Shown here piece after piece: positions 1 through 12,029 of a stretch of 58,511 nt of DNA (positions within the stretch are counted from its first letter, which is position 1; every line of letters begins with the position of its first letter). The translations under genes were made by a program, and so were the position numbers. Source of the stretch: an uncultured Verrucomicrobiae bacterium (GTDB lineage: Bacteria; Verrucomicrobiota; Verrucomicrobiia; Limisphaerales; JAFGQR01); the NCBI GenBank assembly GCA_963788655.1, contig CAWBHS010000070.1:1-58511 (forward strand). The letters are read 5' to 3'. The notes below the pieces were generated by a model. The model searched no databases. It had not been told where the DNA came from and worked only from the letters and a program-made list of their open reading frames with translations.

Positions 1-3000
1 GACGGCGTGTTGAAGCTGACCTTAAACCAGAACAGCGCGCCGGGAGCATCGTGCTGAATGAACTGACTCCCGGACGAACCGGTGCAACAGTTCACCGCGA
101 CCTACAAAGTGCATATCGGCGACGGCTCGGGCAATCCGGCCGACGGGATGAGTTTCAATTTTGCCAATGACCTGCCCGACGCCGCCACGGGCGCCAACGC
201 CGCCGAGAACGGCCTGGGCACCGGCTTGTCGGTGGACTTCCATTTCTACAACAATGATTTCATCGAAGTGAAACTGGGGGGCACCCAGATTCTGCAGGTG
301 GATACGCCGGTTTATGGGGTGGCGGACTGGGTGGATGTGATGATTCACATGGACCCGGATGGGACGCTGGACATGACCTGGGGCTCGGTGGTGATTGCCG
401 ATAATTTCCAAACGGCCGCGACGCCCGCGGTGGGACGGTTTGGCATCTACGCGCGCACCGGCGGGGAAAACGCCAACCAATGGATCGATGATTTGGCGAT
501 CCAGGTGACTGAACCGGGACCGCCGATTGTATCGTCGCAGCCCCCGGCCGATATTTCGACCACCGAACTGCTGATGGTTAACCTGGCCGTCGAGGTGACC
601 GGCGGCAGTCCGGCGCAAATCCAATGGTTTCGGAACGGCGCGCCGATTGCGGGCGCGACGGGCGCCTCCTACTCCTTCCGCGCGGCCTTGGCGGACGACG
701 GGGCCACGTACACGGTGGATGTCTTCAACGGCTTCGGTCACGTTACGGCCAATACCTTGATTGCGGTGGCGGCGGACACGACCGCACCTGAGCTGCTGTC
801 GGCCGTCGGCGATCCGACCCTCGAACACGTGCGGTTGGCCTTCTCGGAGCGGGTGGACCCGCTGGATGCCACCGATCCGTTCAATTATGAATTGGACAAC
901 GGGGTAACGGTGACAGCCGCGACGATGATCGACGATCACACCGTGCTGCTGACTACCCAACCGCAAACCGAAGGCCTGCTCTACACGGTCACGGTGAACG
1001 GCCTGCGCGACCTGGCGGATACGCCGAATGAAATTGCAGCCAACACCACCGCCCCGTTCAACGCGTGGGTGTTCACGCCGGGCTTTGTGTATCAGGAGTT
1101 TTACTACGACCTGTCCGGCCCGAACAACTTCGCCACTCTGACCGGCAACGCGAAATACCCCTATTATCCCGACGCGGTGAGTTACGCCAAGCGGTATGCC
1201 GTCAATCCCGCCGGCGGCGACTCGGGCCGGGAACATTACGGCACGCGGATGCGGGGCTTCCTGATCCCGCCCGAGAGCGGCGATTACCTGTTCCAACTGG
1301 TGGCGGATGACTCGGGCTCGTTGGACGTCAGCTCGACGGCCAATGCCGCCGACAAGCAGAGCGTCATCTCCGCCGAAGGTGACTGCGGGGCGTGCAGTGG
1401 GCCGGTTTCCACCGTGGCGGTGCCGCTGGTGGCGGGCGAACGGTATTACACCGAATCGCTCTTCCAGGAAGGCACGGGCGGCGACTACATCTGGATCCGG
1501 TGGGCACTCCCGAGCAATCCGGGCACGTACGTGGATATCAGTGGGGCCTACATGGGTGCCATGGCCGATCCGTCCGCGGCGGCCAACCTCACCATCACCG
1601 AGGAACCGCAGACGCAGGATGTTTATCTGAACCAGATCATCCGGCTGAAGACGGTGGCCAGCAACGACCAGGGCGCGCCGCAGTCCTACCAATGGCTGGT
1701 GGATGGCGTCGTGGTGCAAGGCAACAACACGGATACGTTGCAATTGGTCTATACCGATCCGGCGTTGGACGGCACGGCGGTGACGGTGCAATGCCGGGTG
1801 TCGGTGCCGGGCCGGATCGTCGAAACCACGCCGGCAGTGCTGAACCTTAACATTGACGACGTGCCGCCGGTGGCGGTGGCGGCCAGTGGCGGCTCGAACT
1901 TCGATACGTTCACGATCGAATTTGACGGCTTGATGAACGAGGACACGACGACCGATGCATTCAACTACGACATCAGCGACGGGGTGAACCCGCCGTTGAT
2001 TGTGACGGGCGGAGCGCTGAGCGCGGACCAGACCGAGGTGACGCTGACGCTGGACCCGAGCACGCCGCTGTTGGATTTCACCACCTACACGGTGACGATC
2101 CGCGACGTGTTGGACGCCGGGCTGAACACCATCGCGCCCAATCCGGCCACGATCCAGTTCACCTCCCCGGCGCTGTTGGGCAGCATTCCGTTCGTGGTGG
2201 AGGAGTATCCGGATGGCGCCTCGACCGACGTGAACTTCCTGCTGGCTTACCCGGGCTTCCCGGACAGTCCGGACGTGGTGACGCCGTTGAGCTCGTTCGA
2301 TACCGGGGCCGATCACCGGGACAATTACGGGGCGCGGGTGCGGGGCTATTTCGTCCCGCCCACTACGGGCAATTATGACTTCTACATGGTCAACGACGAC
2401 GGCGCGTTCCTGTATATCAACCCCAACGGCATTGATCCGGCGGGCAAGGTGAAGATTGCCGAATTGAATCCGGCGTGCTGCCAGGCTTGGCCGGCCATCA
2501 ATTCGCTGGGGGTGTATCCCGACGGCATTCCGCTGGAGGCCGGCAAGCCCTACTACCTCGAAGGCCTGTACCAGGAAGCGGGCGGGGGCGACTACATTCG
2601 CGTGGCGACCCGGTTGCACGGCGATGCGAGTGTGCTGGCCGCCATTCCGGCGTCGCAGATGGCGCCCAGCCCGGTGCCGCCGGGACAATTCGGGGTCGTG
2701 ACCCTCACCGAGCAACCCCAAAGCCAGAGCGTGGTGGCCTACCACCAGGCCTGCTTCAGTGTGGCCGGCACCTCCGAGATCGGTGGCATCGCGGCCTACC
2801 GGTGGTTGAAGAACGGCATGGAAATCCCCGGCGCGACCGGGCCGACCCTGTGCGCCTTCTTCGATCCGGCGGACAATGGGGCCGCGATTCAAGCCGAAGT
2901 GGCCATTCCGGGTTACATCGCCCGCAGCGACGTGGCGACGGTGACGGTCGAAGACGACACCGTACCGCCAGTGGCGGTGGCGGCTACAGGGAACCTCACC

Positions 3001-6000
3001 TTTGACCAAGTGATCATCACGTTCAATGAGCGGATGGATAATGGTACGGCCACCGATCCGTTCGACTACGAGATCAGCGGTGGGGGTGACGTGCTCTTTG
3101 TGGTTGCGGTCGAACTGAGCGCGGACGAGACCACGGTAACCTTGACCCTGGACCCGACGACCTTGCAGCGGGAGAACACCGACTACACGGTGTTGTTCCT
3201 GGGGGTGACGGACCTGGCCGGCAACGCGATACCGGACGACACGACGATCGCCTTCCACTCCTACGTGACCTACGAGTGCGCGGGAGTGCTCTGGGAGGCC
3301 TACAACACCGGCGGGGGCACCGCGGTGTCCGACCTGACCGGCAACGCGAACTACCCGGACAACCCGGACGAAGTGCGGCTGCTCAACTCCTTTGACACGC
3401 GGGCCGAACTGGGGACCGACAACTACCGGGACAACTACGGGGCGCGGCTGCGCGGCCTGTTTGTGCCCTCGGTCACCGGCAACTATGACTTCTACAGCCA
3501 CAGCGACGACTCGGCGCAACTGTTCCTGAACCCCAACGGGATTGACCCGGCGGGACGGGTGCTGATAGCCCATGAAGACGGCTGCTGCAACGATTGGCCG
3601 ACGATCAATTCACTGGGGGTGTTCCCGCAGGGCGTGCCGCTGGTCGCGGGCCAGGCCTACTACCTTGAGGGCCTGTATAAAGAAGGCGGCGGCGGCGACT
3701 ACATGCGCGTGGCGTCCCGCTTGCACGGCAGCAGCGACACGCTGGTGGCCATTGGCCTCCAAAACCTGGGCCAGTCAGCGGCGCAAGGCACCGCGGGCGA
3801 AGTGACGATTACGGAACCGCCGCAGGGCCAGATTGTGGAAGAGAACCACGAAGTCTGCTTCTCGGTGGCGGGGGAAAACACCTACGGGTTGCCGCAGTGC
3901 TACCAATGGTACAAGGACGGCGTGGCCATCCCCGGCGCGACCGAGCCGACCTACTGCGCGCTGGTGACCGCGGCGGACAACGGCGCCATGTTCAGCGCGG
4001 ACGTGGGGATTGTGGGTTACAAAGCCCGGAGCGCCGCCGCGGTGGCGGCGGTGATTCCGGACGTGACGGAACCGTCGGTGGTATCAGTCAAACCGACGCG
4101 CAACCTCAACCAGATAGTGCTGCACTTTGACGAGCGGATCGATGCCGGGATCGCGACCGACGCGTTCAACTACGACATCACGCCGCCCTACAACATCGCC
4201 AGCATCGACGTGAGCGCCGATGAAAAGACGGTGACCATCAACCTGAACCAAATCATCCAGCCGGACGAGACGGCGTGCCTCACGCTGCTGTTCCTGACCG
4301 ACATCGCGGGCAACGTGGCGCCGGAGACGACCGAGTGCGTCAGTTCGAGCTTCTATGACTGCTTCGTGAAGCAGGAATGGTATTACAACATTGGCGGCGT
4401 GACGATTGCGGACCTGACGGGCAACGCGAACTATCCGGACCATCCGGACCGGGTGAACTACCTGCCCGCGATCAGCGCGCCGCAAAGCAATCCGGACCTG
4501 AGCAACTTCGGCACGCGGCTCTCGGGCTGGTTGAAGCCCCCGGTGACCGGCAACTACAACTTCGCGACCTACTCGGACGATGCCTCCCAAGTGTGGGTAA
4601 GCACCGACGTCGATCCGGCGAACAAGCAACTGGTGGTCGAAGAAACCGCCTGCTGCAACGCCTGGCCGGCCATCAACTCCACCACCTTGTTCCCGGGCGG
4701 AGTGCCGCTGGAAGCGGGCAAACTGTATTACTTCGAAGCGCTGATGAAAGAAGGCGGCGGCGGCGACTATGTCCACGTGACGTGGTCCATTCCGCCGGAC
4801 ACGCGCATCTTTGCCAGCACCGCGGGGCAGCAGCCCATCAGCGCCAAATATGTGGTGCAATTGAGCGAAGACCTGGGCACCAGCCTGAATATCACCCAGC
4901 AACCGCAGGACGTGGCGTTCACCATCTATCCTCCGGGATCGGGCGTCACCATTCCGCTGTATAACAACGACTTCACCGCGGGCGATGGCGGCTTCACCGT
5001 CGATACGCCGACGGCCTACGACGGCCCGTGGACCTATCAGGCGGGCACGGCCAGTTGGACCCAGGACGGGCAGGACGTCGATGACAGCCACGCGAACACC
5101 TCGATGCTGAACAGCCCGGCGATCATGGTGCCGGATGCGGGCAACGTGCGGTTGAGCTTCTGGCACCGCTACAGCTTCGAAGGGGGCTTCTGGGATGGCG
5201 GCCAGGTGCGGATCAGCGTCAATGGCGGCGCCTTTAACATGATCCCGGCGAGCAGCTTCTCGGCGGGCGGCTATCCGGGCACGGTCCTGGGCAACAGCGC
5301 GTCGGTCCTCGCGGGCCAGGCGGCCTTCGTGGAAACCTCGCCGAACTACGCCGGCGGCCCGATTCAAAGTGTGGCCGATCTGGGCGGATTCAACGCCGGC
5401 GATACCATTCGCCTCCAATTCATCGCGGCTTCGGACACCAACACCCGGGGACCGAACACCCCGAACTGGGAAATCACCCGGGTGGACGTGGACGGCGCGC
5501 CGCCGACTTCGGTGGCCTTCCGCGTGGCCGGACAAGGCAGCGGGGTGGACGCGGCGGTGTCCTATCAATGGCAGCGCAACGACGGCGCGGGCTGGCAGGA
5601 CATTCTGGGAGCCACGGGCAGCTTCCTACGGCTTCGTGCCCTTCCGGACGGACGATGGCGCGCAATTCCGCGCGGCCCTCTGCTATCCGAATATCAAAGC
5701 CTATTCGGACGCCGCCACCTTGTCGGTGGCTCAGCCGAACAGCGCCCCCAGCTATGTGCCGGGCGGTGACCTGGTGGTGGACGAAGATGCCGGCCCGCAA
5801 ACGGTGCCCTGGGCCAGCGACGTCGCGGTCCACGGCTTCGGCGTGCCGGAAGTCACGTCGCCGATCGTTTATGGTTCGGACTTCAGCAGCCAGCCGGACG
5901 GCTCGGCGCTTTACGACGACGCACAAATTGCCGACGGCGTGCTCAAACTCACCTTGAACGTCAACAACATGAACGGCAGCTTCTACGGTCCGGTAGTACC

Positions 6001-7933
6001 GGTGCCCCTGGAAAGCTACGACATCTCGTTCAAGCTGTTGATTGGTGGCGGTAGCGATAATCCGGCCGACGGGATGAGCCTCAACGTGGCGAACAATCTG
6101 CCGACGCCGCCGAACCGTTCAGGCAGCGAAGAGGGCATGGGCAGCGGATTGACGCTCAGCTTCGACATCCATGATAACGGCGGCGTGGTACCGCAGGAAG
6201 CGCCGTCCATTGACCTCAAGTATCAAGGCCAGCTCCTGAGTGGCTTCCTGGCCTCGGTCGCCCAATCCACCGACCCGGCGCAGGATATATTCATCCCGGT
6301 CACGGTAAGCGTCAGTGCCGATGGGCTGGCCACGGTGACCTACGATGGCACGAACGTGTTTGAGAACGTGCCCCTCCCCAACTACCGGTGGCAGAGCGGT
6401 CTGCAACTGGGCTTGGTGGCGCGCACCGGTGGCTTGAATGCCAACCAGTTTGTCGATGACCTGCAGCTCAGCGCCGTGCCTTACGACCCGGCGGGACCGG
6501 AACGCGGTCAGACCGCACAGTTCATCGTCAGCAATGACAATCCGGACCTGTTTGCCGAACCACCGGCGATCAGCCCGGATGGGACGCTGACCTACACGCC
6601 GGCGCCCGACGCCTGCGGTTCGGCGGTGGTGACGGTGGTCCTCGAGGACGACGGCGGCACCGACCTGGGCGGCAGCGACCGCACCGCGGCATCACAATTC
6701 ACCATCACAGTGAATCCGTTGAACGACTCCTGCCCGATCGCCGAAGACCAGATGGTCGCGGCCCTGGCCGGAACGCCGACGCCGTTCACGCTGCATGCGA
6801 CCGACCTCGATAACGACACGGGCTGTGGCGCGGCGCCGTTGAGCTACTGGGTGATGCTGCCCGCGCACGGCTGGCTGTCCGGCACCCCGCCGAACTTGGT
6901 CTATACCTCGGATCCGGGCTACTGCGGAGCGGACAGCTTCATGTATCTGGTCGAAGACACGGCGTGCTTCAACGTGGCGACGGTGTCGCTTGAAGTGCAA
7001 GGCGTCAACCAGTGCCCGGTGGCCAACGCGCAGAACGTGACCACCTGTGAAGACAGCCCGGCGGCCATCGTCCTGACCGGCAGCGATGCGGATGAGAACG
7101 GCTGCGGGCCGACCATTCAAGGCTTCGCGATCGTGGCCAGCCCGACGCACGGCACATTGAGTGGCACGGCGCCGAACCTGACCTACACGCCGGCGGCCGA
7201 TTATAACGGGCCGGACAACTTCACCTTCACGGCGACCGATGGCGAGTGCGTCTCGGTGCCGGCGGTGGTGAGCATCGTGGTGATGCCGGCCAACGATGGA
7301 CCCATCTGCCAAATCTTCGTGGGACCGGTGTTGCGCCTCACGCCCGACGTGGTGGAATCCCTCGTGTTGTCGTGCGACAATCAGACCGCCGAAGTCATGC
7401 TGGACGCCACGCTCTCCAGTGATCCCGATAACGATGGGATGACGTACTTGTGGGCCGTGGACGGCACCCCGGTGGGCAACGCCGCGCTGCAAAGCGTCGC
7501 CATGCAACTGGGCACCCATGAAGTCACCCTCACCGTGACCGACGACAATCCGGGAACCGGTCCCTGCGCGGGCAACGGCACCAGCACGTGCAGTGCGATG
7601 GTGACGGTGATTGACGGCTGCGAAGCGGTGGAAGAGTTGGTGATGCTGGTCCAGGACAACAGCGCGACCATCGGCGCGGACCTCCAGCGGACGTTCAACA
7701 AGGAACTCAAGGACGCGTGCAAAGAGTTCGCGAAGGGCAAGTGCAAGAACGGCGTGAAGCGGCTGCGAGCCTTCCAGGACAAAGTGCGCAACTACGACGA
7801 GTTCTACAAGAAGCCGAGCAAGAAGGTCAGCGCGAAGAAGCGGCTGACGCACGAGACGGCGATGTTGCTGGTGGACGCCTCGCAGGCCTTGATCGACGCG
7901 TATGCGCCGTGTGCCTGCATGGGCCTGCACTAA
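1..7933 (+). CDS. Giant secreted multidomain adhesin/lectin-like protein (lectin-like jelly-roll, 4x [Ig + Ig-like + PA14], cadherin/Big_9-like, PKD, basic helical C-terminal domain); 5' end outside window; frameshifted
   Basis: ORFs 82..5769 and 5369..7933 join by a frameshift near 5625 (ATG..SYGFVPFRTDDGAQFR). Base 1 reads DGVLKLTLNQ, matching DGVLKLTLNV near 5934, so the gene starts upstream, with further indels near 40-75. Four PA14-like repeats (YG.R..G...P..G.Y.F....DD...GGDY) and Ig repeats (QP...YQW..NG..IPGAT). Confidence 0.85.
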
Positions 7934-7993
7934 GCCCCCATTCGGCCAGGTTCCATAGAGCCTGCCCACCCTAAAGCGGGGTTGGGAACAACC

Positions 7994-8024
7994 AAGACCG
8001 GGAATGCAAATTCCCGGTCTTTTT
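7994..8024 (+). terminator. Rho-independent terminator
   Basis: Perfect 12-bp stem AAGACCGGGAAT-gcaa-ATTCCCGGTCTT followed by a T run, 60 bp after the adhesin stop. Confidence 0.85.
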
Positions 8025-8067
8025 GTTGGTGGCCGGCCGGTTTATGCTATGCTCTTCCCGATTCAAC

Positions 8068-9478
8068 ATGAAACGCATAAAGCCATTCTTTCGATTGCTC
8101 CCACCGCTCCTGCTCAGCTTCGGATTGCTCCTACCGCTACTGGCCAGCGCCGCGGCGCGTCCGAACTTCATTTTTGTGCTCATTGACGACATGGGCTACG
8201 GCGACATGTCGTGTTACGGGGAGACGCGGATTCGCACGGAGCATCTGGATCGATTGGCGAAGGAGGGCATCCGGTTCACGCAATTCTATGTGGGTTCACC
8301 AATCTGTTCGCCGTCGCGCACCGCGCTAACCACCGGGCAGTTTCCCGCGCGTTGGCGCATCACCTCCTATCTTGCCAATCGCCAGGCCAACCAGCAACGC
8401 GGCATGGCCCAATGGCTCGATCCCCTGGCGCCAACGCTCGCTCGCGCCTTGCAGCAGGCCGGCTACGCCACCGGCCATTTCGGCAAGTGGCACATGGGCG
8501 GCCAGCGCGACGTGGGCGAAGCGCCGCTCATCACCGAGTATGGCTTTGATGAATCCCTCACCCAGTTCGAGGGGCTCGGCGATCGCATCCTGCCGTTGCT
8601 CGACGCCTTTGATGGCAAACCGCCGCGCCGGTATGCGCTCGGCAGCGACAAATTGGGACGCGGCCAGATCACCTGGCTGGACCGTTCCCGCGTCACCGGC
8701 GCGTTCGTCGAGCGCGCCATTGACTTCATCAAACAGTCGCAGCAGGCCGGAAAACCATTTTACGTGAACGTGTGGCCGGATGACGTTCATTCACCGTTCT
8801 TCCCGCCCAAGGCACTGCGCGGTGACAGTTCGAAACGCGAACTCTACCTTGGCGTGGTGAAGGCCATGGATGACCAGTTTGGCGCACTGTTTGACTTCGT
8901 ACGCCAGGATCCAAAACTGCGCGCGAACACCTTGATCCTCGTCGCCAGCGACAATGGTCCGGAGCCCGGTGCCGGCACGGCGGGACCATTTCGCGGCCAC
9001 AAGGGCAATCTTTACGAGGGCGGCATTCGCGAACCGTTTATTGTTTGGGGGCCGGGTTTCATTCCTGAACAATCACACGGCATGGTAAACGAAAAGACAG
9101 TCATCGCCGGCGTGGACTTGTTGCCCTCGGTGTTGCGCCTCGCGGGCGTCAAGCTCCCTGCCAACGTGCCATTTGACGGGCAGGATCTGAGCGATACTCT
9201 GGTGGGGAAGACCGCGGCGCTTCGAAGCAAGCCGCTTTTTTGGGTGCGTCCGCCCGACCGGCCTGGCCCGAAAAACGATCGTTGGCCCGACCTCGCGGTG
9301 CGGGAGGGCAATTGGAAATTGCTCGTCATGCGCGACGGCAGCGGCGCCCAGCTTTACGATTTGTCGAAGGATCCTGGAGAAGTCCAAAACTTGGCCAAGC
9401 AGCATCCGAACATAGTACCGACGGCTTACAAAAATGGCCCTTGACTGGCGCAAGGAGCTGCCAATTACGAAGCCCTGA
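8068..9478 (+). CDS. Secreted arylsulfatase-family sulfatase (frameshift near 3' end)
   Basis: Signal peptide, RPNFIFVLIDDMG, CSPSR formylglycine motif, GKWHMG, SDNG, YEGGIREP. The likely true C-terminus (RLTKMALDWRKELPITKP*) is in another frame after about 9418. Confidence 0.9.
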
Positions 9479-9486
9479 GCGTTGAA

Positions 9487-9561
9487 CGTAGTGGCGCCCG
9501 GGCAGAGCGCTGCATAACATACTTTCTCCAGATGGCGGCGCTCTGCCGAGGCGCCGCTACG
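9487..9561. repeat. GTAG-type REP-like palindrome
   Basis: CGTAGTGGCGCCCGGGCAGAGCGCTGC ... GCGGCGCTCTGCCGAGGCGCCGCTACG imperfect inverted repeat just after the sulfatase. Confidence 0.75.
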
Positions 9562-9731
9562 AGTTGGGGTATTTGACGAGCAAGCGTTTCGGGGGATCCA
9601 AGGAACTCCACTTTTACAAACTCCTTACCCAAAGCCGCCGGCGTTGCCCTTATGCTTCACGGTGACCAAGGGATTGCCCGGCGTTCGGCTGGGTGACCCG
9701 AGTGCAAGCAAACTGCGAACAAAAACTGACT

Positions 9732-10328
9732 ATGAAAAATAATGACCTTGTGACCATCGCCACCGTTGCCCTGGGAACCGCGACGCTGACGGTGCTGCTG
9801 TTTGGGTCGGCTTCACTGGAAGCGGGCAATGACGGACCTCCACCCACAGCGAAAATTGCCAAACCCAAATTGGTTTCCCACGGGATCGAGTTCACCCTCG
9901 CCACGCCCAAGGGTCAGACCTTCAAAACCGGCGACGAACCGGTGTTCGAACTCACCGCCATCAATTCCACGAGCGAATCCGCCGAGACGCTGATTCGCCT
10001 GATGATGTCCGCCACTGCACCCGCCAATCCAGTGTCGCGCCTTTTGCCCATGCCCGCGATGCTTTGGCAAGACGAGCAGCAGATAACGCTTAAGCCAAAT
10101 GAAACCAAAGTGATTTCGGTTTCCACGCACACGAAGCTGCCGGCCAATAAGTTGATTGCGGTTGCCTTGCAAGAAACGGATTCGCAACCGCAAACCGCCC
10201 CCGTGACACAGCCGCAAGTCAGTTTGGCAGGGCTTCGGCCCAGCCTGCTGGGGTCGCGGGGTATCACTGCGTTGACGTTTTCCACTATCCCGCCATCGAC
10301 CGCGCCGGCACTGGCAGCAACCCATTAA
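9732..10328 (+). CDS. Hypothetical exported protein
   Basis: ATG at 9732, hydrophobic N-terminus, beta-rich body; no recognised family. Confidence 0.7.
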   Translation: MKNNDLVTIATVALGTATLTVLLFGSASLEAGNDGPPPTAKIAKPKLVSHGIEFTLATPKGQTFKTGDEPVFELTAINSTSESAETLIRLMMSATAPANPVSRLLPMPAMLWQDEQQITLKPNETKVISVSTHTKLPANKLIAVALQETDSQPQTAPVTQPQVSLAGLRPSLLGSRGITALTFSTIPPSTAPALAATH

Positions 10329-10368
10329 TCCGAGTGTTTCATTACCCTTTAAGGTGCCGTTAGACTCT

Positions 10369-10437
10369 GGCCGCCGAAGTAAGGAGGTGGATCAGGATAA
10401 AGCTGCCTTCGGTCCGCCTCGTTACGTCGGCGGCTAC
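10369..10437. repeat. REP-like palindrome (GCCGCCGACGT.AGGAGGCGGA family)
   Basis: GGCCGCCGAAGTAAGGAGGTGGA ... TCCGCCTCGTTACGTCGGCGGCTAC; related copies at 17059-17124 and 54906-54985. Confidence 0.75.
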
Positions 10438-10483
10438 AGCGGTGAATTAGTAGGACAAAGGCGCGTAAGCTGAAAGGCTCCTC

Positions 10484-11719
10484 ATGTTTCGTTGGCAAAC
10501 TTGCGTTGGCGTGGCGATCGGCCTGGTGACTGGCGCCGTCATTCTGATTCTGACGGGCGGTGGCGAGAGACGTACGTCGCCGCTTTCCGGGCCGATCCTC
10601 TCGGAGTGTGACGGTCACCTCCGCGAACTGGTGATTCACTACGAACCGTCCGCCAAAGAAATCGTGACCCCGGTTTATCGTGACTTCCTGGGTGCGCTCC
10701 AACCGGACGTTACGGTCCATGTTATCTGTCCCAATCGGGTCGCGTTCGACGATTTGGCAACCACAATAGGAGACGCCAAATGCCGCCTTAATCCAGTGAT
10801 TGTTGGCCATCCAATGACTACATGGTCGCGAGATCGTTGGGTGGCATTGACGCCCGCAGCCCATAACCGGGCGACAACCCTCTGGAGTCCCCGCAGTGAG
10901 GCCGCCGAGGAAATCTGGCCGGCGCGCGCGGGAGATGAGCGCGTGGGACAAGACATTGCCCGGGCATTGACGCCCTCGGTCCGGGCGCGTCGCAGCAGCC
11001 TGTATTTCGATGGCGGTGATTTTCTGGCTGACGGCGAAAATGTCTTCGTGGTACCGAGACTTTTGCCACGCAACTTGCAGCACACCGTGCGCAACCGGGC
11101 AGAGTTGCTAGCGACCTTGGGTGCCGAACTCAAACGCCGAGTGATCTTGCTGGAGGAGTCGCCAGATCATCACGCCGCCATGTTCATGGTGGCCGCCGGT
11201 AATCGCCAAATGCTCGTCGGCGATCCGAGTTTGGGAAGAAAGTTGATCTTGGCCGAACGGAAGACTGAGGACGGCAGCGTGACAACTGGTTTCATGAACC
11301 TGCCGGGCGGTGCCGACTTCACCGAGGAAACACAGCATTTGTTCGATGCCGTGGCCGTCCAATGCGCAGCGCTGGGTTACCGCGTTGTTCGGCTCCCAGT
11401 CGTGCCCGCATGCGATAGCCGAACGTATTTGACGTATGTCAACGTGCTCATCGACCAGCAGGGCCGGCGTCGCATTGTGTATTTGCCGTTCTATCGCGGC
11501 GCTGAGCTGCTGAACGAGACCGCCCGTACCGTTTGGAAAAGCCTCGGCTACGAGGTCCGCCCCGTAGATTGCACCAGCACCTACCGGCACTTCGGCTGCC
11601 TTCACTGTCTGGTGAACGTGATCCGCCGGGACCGAGCATCACTCGGTTACACGAATGCCCCTCCGAGCAGAGCTGCTACCGCGAGGCAGCATGTCTTTGA
11701 CGCCTTGGGAAAAAGCTAG
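10484..11719 (+). CDS. Pentein-fold (amidinotransferase / agmatine or peptidyl-arginine deiminase-like) protein with N-terminal membrane anchor
   Basis: WSRD, DGGDF, TYVNVL and C-terminal GCLHCL motifs. Confidence 0.75.
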   Translation: MFRWQTCVGVAIGLVTGAVILILTGGGERRTSPLSGPILSECDGHLRELVIHYEPSAKEIVTPVYRDFLGALQPDVTVHVICPNRVAFDDLATTIGDAKCRLNPVIVGHPMTTWSRDRWVALTPAAHNRATTLWSPRSEAAEEIWPARAGDERVGQDIARALTPSVRARRSSLYFDGGDFLADGENVFVVPRLLPRNLQHTVRNRAELLATLGAELKRRVILLEESPDHHAAMFMVAAGNRQMLVGDPSLGRKLILAERKTEDGSVTTGFMNLPGGADFTEETQHLFDAVAVQCAALGYRVVRLPVVPACDSRTYLTYVNVLIDQQGRRRIVYLPFYRGAELLNETARTVWKSLGYEVRPVDCTSTYRHFGCLHCLVNVIRRDRASLGYTNAPPSRAATARQHVFDALGKS

Positions 11720-11768
11720 TGGACAGCACCAGCGCGCCTGAGGGCCATCGGTAAACCTGCCAGAACTT

Positions 11769-12029
11769 TCAGCGTTCACTTAAGCTGGAGATGGGTAAAC
11801 CAACGGAAAACCGTGGATTTTCCGCCCGAGCAGTGTACCGGTGGGATGTCAGTGAAGTGAAGTAGATCTGTTCCGGACGCGCGGGCGGAGTTTGGCGCCA
11901 GTCAATGGCGCTTTCCACCACCAAGCGCATTTGCGCGAACCACCATTGGGCCCGGCGACGGCGTTGTTCACGGCGCGAGGGCGTGCGTTGGGCTTGGGTA
12001 TCGAACCGGATTTCGAGTTGTTTGTTCAT
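11769..12029 (-). CDS. Small Arg-rich hypothetical protein (86 aa)
   Basis: MNKQLEIRF...RRRRAQWWFAQMRLVVESAIDW...PPARPEQ, with an A-rich leader before the ATG at 12029. Confidence 0.6.
   Translation of the reverse strand: MNKQLEIRFDTQAQRTPSRREQRRRRAQWWFAQMRLVVESAIDWRQTPPARPEQIYFTSLTSHRYTARAENPRFSVGLPISSLSER

Noticed and set aside
22..3573. 1183-aa antisense ORF (also 4084-5568 and 6692-7969)
   Set aside because: Shadow ORFs caused by the strong codon bias of the sense adhesin gene; R/V/G-rich with no motifs.
10484..12029. RiPP-like pair of a deiminase and an Arg-rich precursor
   Set aside because: The genes are convergent, the enzyme appears exported while the peptide has no signal, and there are no transporter or protease genes.
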